Positions 1-8,200 of a stretch of DNA of 64,000 bases are shown piece after piece (positions within the stretch are counted from its first letter, which is position 1; each line of letters starts with the position of its first letter). The position numbers and the translations under genes are program-made. Source of the stretch: Candidatus Nanoarchaeia archaeon (GTDB lineage: Archaea; Nanobdellota; Nanobdellia; Woesearchaeales; JANQNE01); the NCBI GenBank assembly GCA_028279725.1, contig JANQNE010000012.1, forward strand, positions 71,348 through 135,347. Direction: 5' to 3'. The notes under the pieces are model-generated. The model ran no database searches and was not told where the DNA came from. It worked only from the letters and a program-made list of their open reading frames with translations.

Positions 1-117
1 CAGATAATATGTGCTTTTTCTGAGATTTCCCTTAAGATGTTTCAATGAATTTAAGAATAATGAACCTCCAATCATCCCGATGATTATACCTAATACTCCA
101 AGATACCATCCTATCAT
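1..117 (-). CDS. Partial (runs off window) hydrophobic membrane protein, downstream of the histidine kinase
   Basis: ATG at 117-115 overlaps the kinase TGA (ATGA). Reads MIGWYLGVLGIIIGMIGGSLFLNSLKHLKG... with no stop to base 1. Not in the ORF track. Confidence 0.65.
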   Translation of the reverse strand, partial: MIGWYLGVLGIIIGMIGGSLFLNSLKHLKGNLRKSTYYL

Positions 118-3100
118 TTAGCCTCACCTGCAGTCTTGTCTTCTTCTCTAAAGAATTCAGCTAATCTTTTTTCAGTGGCTTGTTCCTGCAATGATCTTTC
201 TTTTTTTGCAAATATACCTATGACTTGATCCCTGAGGTTGCTTGCTTCTAATGCATCTATCACTTTCTTATTTTCAAGGCTGTTTATATCCCTGATTATG
301 TTATTTTCTGTCAGATTCTTTATCTTTCTGAACTTTCCTTCTCCCAAAGGGCCAAGGATCCCCACATATACTTTCCTTACCTCCTCTGTAATGTCAATTG
401 TCTTTTTTATGTCAAATATAGAGTTTAGCTTTTCGTAGACTTCTTTTAAGATATCACTTCTAACTATCTTCTTCTTTTCCAATTCACCCATATACTCTTT
501 AACTGAATCATAAGTGAGGCCTTTATTATTTAGCCTATTGAATTCTGATTTTCCCAACGGCCCTAAGAATTCCAAGAATATCTCTTTTACCCTGTCTTCT
601 ATATCTTTCTGTTCTGAAAACAGCACTTTGATCTGCTTTATCTCCTTGACAGGTGTCAGTGGTATGGTGAAATAGAACGTGGTTCCTTTGCCTTTTTTAC
701 TTTCAATACGCATCCTCCCTCCCTGAGATTCCACTATCCCCTTGCAGATCGCAAGCCCTAATCCAGTTCCGCTGTGCTCCCTATACATAGTCTGCTCTTC
801 CTGGAAGAAGGGTTCAAATATCCTTTTTTGATTTTGAGGAGAGATGCCGATTCCCTGATCCCTTACGCTAAAAACAATCATCTTGTCCTTTAGTTTAGCA
901 TCCAAGAATATCTTAGACCCATCTGGAGAGAATTTCTTTGCATTATTGATCAGATTCCTTAATATCTGCATGACCCTATCAGGATCTACCTCTATAACCG
1001 GAAGCTTTCCTATGCCTGTAATAATCTCAATATTTTTCTCAGGCATGAAACCTTTCATCTCTTCAACAAGCCTTTCTATGTATTCTTTTAGTTGTGCTTT
1101 TACAAACCTAAATTTTAGACGTGCTGCCTCAATCCTTGAGATCTCTAAGAAATCTAAGATAATCTTATCAAGCCTTGTGGTGTTCCTTAATACGATGTCT
1201 ATGGATTCTTTCTGTTTTTTGTTCAGCTTTCCAAAATAGCCCTCCAATAACATCTGAAGCTGAGCTTTCATAGGAGTCATAGGGCTTCTTAGTTCATGAG
1301 ATGTTATGGATAAGAACTCTGTCTTTGCATGGTCCAGCTGTCTATGTTCCAAATCCCTGTTCTTCAATACCTCAATAACCTTATCTATCGTTTTTCCTAA
1401 CTGTTCTAGTTCATCTCCTGATTTGATATCTGATCTGACAGAAAAGTTTCCTTTCTCCAGCTCTTTAGTAGTACTATATAGTTTTTTTATCGGCCTTAAT
1501 ATTGAGACAGTCATGGATATAGAGATTAAGATCACCAACATTATGCATATAGATCCTACTATTAGGTTCAATGTCTCCCCTTTCTGGAAATTCTGCGATA
1601 CTCTGTGCCTGTAGAAAGATATCAATTCGTTCTCTATATCAGCCTGCTTATCATACAATTCAGAGAGTCTGTCTTCTATCTGATGGTATTCCTCACTCAT
1701 TAATATGGAATTTGCCTTTTTGGTATAGTTATCGTTAATGTGCATAAATGATTCCTTCTGCCAATCTATCAGGATCTTGTTAAGTTCTTTTATCTCTTCA
1801 TTGTTCTCTATAAATACCGATCTTGTTTCATCAGGGATCCTTCCATCAAGAGGCAGATCTCTTTTTTCGTCTTCTAGTGATGCGATCAATAGTCCACTGA
1901 CCATATTGTATTCTTCCTGATGTTTTTTCACCATATCTGATTCTCCTTTCATAGCATGAAGTACCGCACTCCTAGAATTTTCTGTCAGAGCTGAGTCATA
2001 AGATTTTATCTCATAGATGCCTTTGATCAGATTTTCTTCTGAATTCTCAATCCCCTTAAGATCCTTAGATATCTGTGAATTCATTATGTGGGTCGATATT
2101 ATCAATCCAAACATCAATATAACTATAATAGCAAATGAGCCAAGAAGTTTCTTCCTTATTGAATAAGTCCTAACCTGGATATCCTGTTTTGTAGGAAGTC
2201 CGACCAGATATGCAAAAAAGAAGATCAGGATGGACGATATCAAGATGAATATGGTGAAATAATTTATGATAGAATTTTTCTGTTCTTCAAATATATCATC
2301 ATACTCATCAACATAGGTTGTTGCTGCTACATGAAGGCCAATGTTGTCCGCAGTCCTTGTGTTCACAACTGCTATATACATGTATTTCTGATTTATTGTT
2401 CCATCTTCTTCTTTCCAATCATAGAATCCTTCTGAACCATAACCTCCTTTTGTCTTTTCCATTATCTCCCAAAAATCTGATAAGGTATCTTTTAGATTTG
2501 ACAGATCAAGATCAACTATCTTGGGGTTTGGATGGAATCTTGAAATCAGAGAATCATAGTCTGTTATAGCTGTGTATCCTGTCTTTCCTACCCGCTGGAC
2601 AGCGATCTCTTTGAAAAATACATCATCCTGAAGATCCTCTAAAGTTTTTTCCGGATTTGCCTTAAGAAAGATCTCGATCTGTTTTGCAACACTGATGGCT
2701 TTTTCCTTTATCTGATTCTTTGCAAGAATCGTCTTTTTATCTTCTGACTCTTCTATTATCTCTTCTGCGTCTATGTACTCATCCAGATAAGTCGTAGCTG
2801 CAATAAAGAGATTTGAACCATCTGCTGTTTTCTCTTTGATTATAGCAATATAGGAAAATTTATCTCTCACTGTTCCGTCTTTTTCTTCAAAAGGATGAAA
2901 ACCGTAGCTGTCTTTTCCATTTTGGACAGCAGATACCAGCTCCCATAAAAGAGGGTTTATCTTTTTGAAATTTCTTGTATCGAAATTTATGAATCTTGGA
3001 TCCTTATGCATCAGAACAATCAATGTCTTGTAATCTCCAAGTAAAGTATATCCTGTCTTTCCTACCTGCTGGACAGCGATCTCTTTGAATTCGGAATCGT

Positions 3101-3359
3101 TCTGAAGATCCTGGATTGACTTTTCAGGATAAGCTTTGAGATATATCTCGATCTGTTTTGCAACATCTTTTGATTTTTGTTTTATCGAATCTGCTGCAAA
3201 TTTCATTTTGCTTTCATCTTCAATATCAAAAGTATCATGATCTGCATATACTGATGACGCCAGAATAAAGGCAATCACCGAGAAAAAGATTACAATAAGC
3301 TTTAGATTGTTCCTACTAGACCTAACTGTATTTAACCTAAACCTCTTTTCTTCCGTCAT
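114..3359 (-). CDS. Membrane sensor histidine kinase (2x Cache-like, helical sensor, HAMP, HisKA, HATPase, C-terminal LGPLG repeats)
   Basis: H-box EFLSITSHELRSPM, N-box LRNLINNAKKF, DQGIG, GTGLGLAI. HAMP RPIKKL...DELEQLG. Two VGKTGY Cache-type repeats and four hydrophobic segments. Confidence 0.95.
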   Translation of the reverse strand: MTEEKRFRLNTVRSSRNNLKLIVIFFSVIAFILASSVYADHDTFDIEDESKMKFAADSIKQKSKDVAKQIEIYLKAYPEKSIQDLQNDSEFKEIAVQQVGKTGYTLLGDYKTLIVLMHKDPRFINFDTRNFKKINPLLWELVSAVQNGKDSYGFHPFEEKDGTVRDKFSYIAIIKEKTADGSNLFIAATTYLDEYIDAEEIIEESEDKKTILAKNQIKEKAISVAKQIEIFLKANPEKTLEDLQDDVFFKEIAVQRVGKTGYTAITDYDSLISRFHPNPKIVDLDLSNLKDTLSDFWEIMEKTKGGYGSEGFYDWKEEDGTINQKYMYIAVVNTRTADNIGLHVAATTYVDEYDDIFEEQKNSIINYFTIFILISSILIFFFAYLVGLPTKQDIQVRTYSIRKKLLGSFAIIVILMFGLIISTHIMNSQISKDLKGIENSEENLIKGIYEIKSYDSALTENSRSAVLHAMKGESDMVKKHQEEYNMVSGLLIASLEDEKRDLPLDGRIPDETRSVFIENNEEIKELNKILIDWQKESFMHINDNYTKKANSILMSEEYHQIEDRLSELYDKQADIENELISFYRHRVSQNFQKGETLNLIVGSICIMLVILISISMTVSILRPIKKLYSTTKELEKGNFSVRSDIKSGDELEQLGKTIDKVIEVLKNRDLEHRQLDHAKTEFLSITSHELRSPMTPMKAQLQMLLEGYFGKLNKKQKESIDIVLRNTTRLDKIILDFLEISRIEAARLKFRFVKAQLKEYIERLVEEMKGFMPEKNIEIITGIGKLPVIEVDPDRVMQILRNLINNAKKFSPDGSKIFLDAKLKDKMIVFSVRDQGIGISPQNQKRIFEPFFQEEQTMYREHSGTGLGLAICKGIVESQGGRMRIESKKGKGTTFYFTIPLTPVKEIKQIKVLFSEQKDIEDRVKEIFLEFLGPLGKSEFNRLNNKGLTYDSVKEYMGELEKKKIVRSDILKEVYEKLNSIFDIKKTIDITEEVRKVYVGILGPLGEGKFRKIKNLTENNIIRDINSLENKKVIDALEASNLRDQVIGIFAKKERSLQEQATEKRLAEFFREEDKTAGEAK

Positions 3360-3368
3360 TTTATGCTG

Positions 3369-3893
3369 TTATTTCAGTTCAACAATCGAATCTACAAACA
3401 TGCTTGTTTCCTGGATCATCTGATCCTGCTCCCTAACACTAAGAGCATAAAATATCGCTTTTGTGTTGCTTGCTTTTATCTTATTTATAAGGGTCGAGAT
3501 GAACTTGGCGACAGGAGCTTTTTTCTGATATATCAGCAGATTTGTCAGTGAATCAAAGATGATATATTCAAAATTATGCTTTAAAAACTTCGAGATTGTA
3601 AGGGATATCTCTGTCAGTGCCGCAGGAGAAGAACAAAAGTAACTCCCTGATGTTTGGTCCGGGGCAGATTTTATCGTTTTTGATATCGCGTCTATAAAGA
3701 TTATGTTGTCTGTGTTGATCTTCTTTTTTTCGAACAATTCTTTCAGAGAATCAAATGTCTTGTTTAACGTTACATAACATACCCTTTTTCCTGACAGCTG
3801 CTTAAGAGTCTTTACTATATCTGTGTTATATTTTAAACTGTCCATTATCAGAAGCATCGTCTGATTTGAAGATAGCTCTTTTTTTAAGTTCAT
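3369..3893 (-). CDS. Degenerate KaiC/RecA-like (DUF835-type) small ATPase-fold protein
   Basis: CYVTLNK, FIDAIS, IIFDSLTNLLIY motifs. No Walker A. Paralog of 4267..4797. Confidence 0.75.
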   Translation of the reverse strand: MNLKKELSSNQTMLLIMDSLKYNTDIVKTLKQLSGKRVCYVTLNKTFDSLKELFEKKKINTDNIIFIDAISKTIKSAPDQTSGSYFCSSPAALTEISLTISKFLKHNFEYIIFDSLTNLLIYQKKAPVAKFISTLINKIKASNTKAIFYALSVREQDQMIQETSMFVDSIVELK

Positions 3894-3895
3894 TT

Positions 3896-4252
3896 TTAGC
3901 CAACTATCTTTTTTACCTTTTCCAGAAGTTCCTGTATGTCAAAAGGCTTTTGTATGAAATCAACTATGTTCTTCTCCTTGGTGAGTTCTTCTTTTTCTGC
4001 CTCAGATGTCCTTACAACACTTAAGTAGGCTATCTTGATGCCTTTTATCTTCTTGACAACTTCCCTGACTGGTGTTCCCGGCATCATTATGTCCATTAGT
4101 ATGAGATGAGGCTTTTTCTTTCCTTTCAGCTTCTTCAGGCAATCATCTCCGCTAACTGCACTTATCACATCGTAATCATTATTTTCAAGAACTGTCTTGA
4201 CTGTAGTTATGTTATCAGGTTCATCATCCACAACCATAATTGTTTTTTTCAT
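3896..4252 (-). CDS. Stand-alone response regulator receiver
   Basis: VVDDE, LILMDIMMPG (phospho-Asp), FIQKPF. Confidence 0.95.
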   Translation of the reverse strand: MKKTIMVVDDEPDNITTVKTVLENNDYDVISAVSGDDCLKKLKGKKKPHLILMDIMMPGTPVREVVKKIKGIKIAYLSVVRTSEAEKEELTKEKNIVDFIQKPFDIQELLEKVKKIVG

Positions 4253-4266
4253 TTTTCCCTCCTTAG

Positions 4267-4797
4267 TTATTTTGATTTTATCTTTATTACCTTATCAACA
4301 AATATCCCTGCTTCTTTGATCAGTTCTCCCTGCTCTTTTACATTCAGGGCATAAAATATCGCTTTTGTGTTGCTTTCTCTAATCTTATTGGATATCTTTA
4401 AAAGGAACTTAGCTACAGAATCGTTATCCTGGTATATGAGCAGATTTGCCAAAGAATCAAAGACAAGATAATCAAAATCATGCTCTAAGACTTTTGAGAT
4501 GGTGATAGAAATCTCTGTAAGTGCTCCTGGAGAAGAGCAGAAATAACATTTATTTTTCCTATTGGGCATATCTTTTATAGTCTTTGATATCGTGTCTATA
4601 AAAGAAATACCGCCTGTCTTGATCTTCTTTTTATTAAATATCTCATTCAATGAATTATATGTTTTATTTAAGGTTACATAGCAGATCTTTTTTCCTGAAA
4701 GATTTCTGAGTATATCTAAGATTATAGAATTATAACCTAGGCCGGGCATTATTAGAAGTAAGGTCTTATTTTCCTTTAGCTCTTTTTTTATGTTCAT
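4267..4797 (-). CDS. Degenerate KaiC/RecA-like (DUF835-type) protein
   Basis: CYVTLNK, FIDTIS, LVFDSLANLLIY. Close paralog of 3369..3893. Confidence 0.75.
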   Translation of the reverse strand: MNIKKELKENKTLLLIMPGLGYNSIILDILRNLSGKKICYVTLNKTYNSLNEIFNKKKIKTGGISFIDTISKTIKDMPNRKNKCYFCSSPGALTEISITISKVLEHDFDYLVFDSLANLLIYQDNDSVAKFLLKISNKIRESNTKAIFYALNVKEQGELIKEAGIFVDKVIKIKSK

Positions 4798-4799
4798 CT

Positions 4800-5159
4800 T
4801 TAATCAAGTGCTTTTTTTACTTCTTTCAATAATGATGAAGGAGAGAACGGCTTTTGTATGAATCCATCAATGTCTTCCATATGGACCTCTTTCTCAGGTA
4901 TTATAGATACATAAAGCATCTTTGCGTCATGATTGATCTTTTCCCTGATCAACCTCAGCAATGAATAACCAGAAAGAGACGGCATCTTTATGTCTATCAG
5001 AATGAGGTTAAATCCATTTCCTTTTACAATCTCAAGTGCTTTTGTCCCATCTTCTTCAGTTACAACATTGTATCCTTCTTTTTTCAGAATTGAACTCATA
5101 GAAATTATGTCGTCTTGATCGTCGTCAATAATCAATATTTTCTTAGCCATACAATCCAC
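4800..5159 (-). CDS. Stand-alone response regulator receiver
   Basis: IIDDD, LILIDIKMP, FIQKPF. True start may be the ATG a few codons in (MAKK). Confidence 0.93.
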   Translation of the reverse strand: MDCMAKKILIIDDDQDDIISMSSILKKEGYNVVTEEDGTKALEIVKGNGFNLILIDIKMPSLSGYSLLRLIREKINHDAKMLYVSIIPEKEVHMEDIDGFIQKPFSPSSLLKEVKKALD

Positions 5160-5244
5160 CTCTAACTTAGCTTATTTTTTAAAAGATATAAAGAATATAA
5201 CACTTGATTCTATTATATTATTTTTTTATTTGGATGTTGATAAT

Positions 5245-5272
5245 AAAAAAATTATCCCTTGTGAGGGGATAA
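5245..5272 (-). terminator. Hairpin plus T-run terminator after the giant surface protein gene
   Basis: Minus strand TTATCCCC-TCAC-A-AGGGATAA followed by TTTTTTT. Confidence 0.5.
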
Positions 5273-5282
5273 GAAAAAATAG

Positions 5283-8200
5283 TTATTTTTTCTTCTTTTT
5301 CACTATTCCTGTAATTATCGTTATCAATGAGATTGTCAGCGCTATTATCGCGATGCTTATTATCCATGTCTTTGCTTTACTTCCTGAAGGCTGTTCAGGT
5401 GTCTGCAATAAAGGTGTTACTGTCTCTCCAGCAGTTTCTTCTGCCTGAGGCTGCTGTATCTCTTCTGCAACCTGTACTGTCTCTGTTGTTTCTTCAGCAA
5501 TTTGCTGTGTGGATCGTTCTTGAGGGGAAGCTTTTCCAACAACAGCAAAAAAGCTGAATCCTGGTGTTTCTGATCTGTAGTGTGAATAGTTTTCGTCGCT
5601 GCTGATCAATTGGGTCGGAAGCTCTGTCCATGAACCTGTATATCTCATCAGTGATATGCTCTCTATGTTGTTCTGTGTCAGCCATGTGTTGCTTACTTTG
5701 AACTCTAATGTAGCCCCATCCACATCTTCAGAAAGAATATTATCAAGAGTTATCTCCATGTACTCATAAGCATTTTCCAATTCTTTAGGAAGCTCTGTCT
5801 TGTTCTCTACTTTCCTTATAGTTACTGTAGCTTTTTGAGCCTGTTTATTCAGCTTGAAGGTATTTTTTGTTATTGCCATGTTCTCGCTGTTAACTTTCAT
5901 AGTTGTCTCTTCTCCAACTGTTATAATGTTGAAGTAATGCGCTGCTTTGATGCTCTGTGTAGCTCCTGATGCTATACCTCCTCCGCTGCTAGGGCTACTA
6001 CTTCCACCTCCTGGTGATGAAGGTGTTGCTACTGTTCCTGGCTGACCTCCTGCCCAGATAGAGAACTCACAGTATGGTATCTGCCAGATACATGCTGAAG
6101 AAGTAGTGTTGATAAGTGTCGCTTCTGAAGTCCTATCTACACAGTTATCTCCTTCGCTATCACAGTGCCATAAAGCGCTACAAGTTCCTGTTCCCGGTAT
6201 CTTGACCCTACATGTTCTTGGGTATAAGTTGTTGATTATCTTATCCCTTGTCTCATCGATCATACCGACATAGCCTATTGTCGCTCCTGCTGAAGTTGTG
6301 GTTGTTCCTTCTTTCAGTGCTCCGCTTGATTCTATGTCTCTGATCTTTGGACTCATCCCTGTCTTTGTTAAAGTAACATTTAGGAATTCTAAATGAGCTG
6401 TTCCGTCTGTAGTGTTCATCAAGATGTTTGCTTTTCTTCCTATCGTGTAGTTGGTAAACATTCCATCTTTTGAGTTATTCAAGATTCCTCCCTGGTGATG
6501 TTCATAAGTGCCATCCTGATCAATGTCATAGTAGACATCCCACCCGGTCGGCGCTTTTATCCTTGAGACATACTTACAGAAACTGCAGTCATCTAATGAA
6601 TCTGGAGTTGTGAAGTTAGAACATTTGCTTGTTCCACACTTGCCATTATCATCACAGACCGCTAATCTGTAATAATAAGTGGTTGAGGTGGATAAAGAGG
6701 TGTTTAATGATTCAACTCCATTATCATTGTAGATCTCTGCTATATGCCATAGCTTGTGGTTTCTGCTATTGTTGCTCAATATTCCGATGTCGTAGATCGT
6801 ATCTGTAAGTCCTGCCTGTGAACATGTGCTGTCATTGTTGTAGAACATAAGAGTTCCGTTAGCAGGCTTATCTGTGAAGTAAGCCAGGAATGCTGAGTCA
6901 GGATATGTTTCTTTGATTACACCGATTACTTTTGGTATCCTTGTGTCTGTATATCCTGCTGCTTCTACTCCAAGGCTATTCTCTACACAATAAGGATGTC
7001 CTTTACATGAGTAATCTTCACATCCTTCTGAAGTCCAGCAGTCTGCATCCTCACCATAATCTATGAACCCTTTGTCTGAACCTTCTTTCTTTGCTTTTTT
7101 TGTCCAGTCAGTCTCATAGCTGTAAAGATCAGGGATCTCAAAGTCCTGTGAGCCTGGAGTTACCCAGCCTGGACTTGCTTCATCTGATGGTGTTGTTATG
7201 TTGTGATTTTTATCAGCGCTTGCTACAGAAACTCTCAGGTCAACACCTGATGTATATAAGCTAGGGAATTTTTCTAATTCACCTTTATCTATAGCTACCA
7301 TAGCTCCTCCAACCAAGTCACACATAAGATGTCTTTCACTGCTGACTCTGATCTCTGCAAGTATCCATGATCCTTCTGAACATCTGTATACAGCAGGACT
7401 CTCAGTAACAGATCCTGAAGTCGTGTCATAAGACCATTCATTCTTTATGTAGAACTCATAGCCTGTCTCAGATGAATTCTGGTTTAATGCGCAGTTATTT
7501 GTGGTGTTTCCATCTGTGTCAAGATACCAATAGAACTTTGTCCTGTTAGTTCCTGTTCCCATTCCATTCATCATCTTTATGTCGTTGCATCCTGCTGAAT
7601 TTGTAGGATCGTCTACAGTTATCCCAAAACCATAGGCTTCTCCCATATCTTTCATACCAAAGCCTGTTATGTCAACTTCATCCTCTATTGCCGTGTCATC
7701 TGGATCTGTTCCTAATGGAGTTGGCGGTGCACCCATATCAATTCCTTTAAAGAATTCTGCAGCCATAGCTGGATTGCACCATCCTGTTACCCATCTGAAG
7801 AATGTTGAGTTATAATTATTACATTGCTGCTCTGTTGTTGCGTTGAATCCAATAGGCTGACAATCATTGTTGTTGTTAAAGCATAATGGATGTGCATCAC
7901 ATAATGTAAAATTGTTCTTTAGAGTCTGGTTCCAGAAGCATTCAAATGGCTTTTCATCACAGAAGTTCATCTGTGAATTCCACATACAGCTTGGAATAGT
8001 CTCACATAATGACTGATTGTAAGTGTATTGCGGACAGCTGTTCTCAAAATTTATGTCACAGAATGGGTGCGGTTCATTAAACCACCCGCATCCTGTCTGA
8101 TTCTCACATGCAGATTGAGCTCCATCATACTGGAAGCACTGCATTCCAAATCCTCCCATCCCCATATCATCAGGACCTCCTCCTGACATACCAGGCATCA

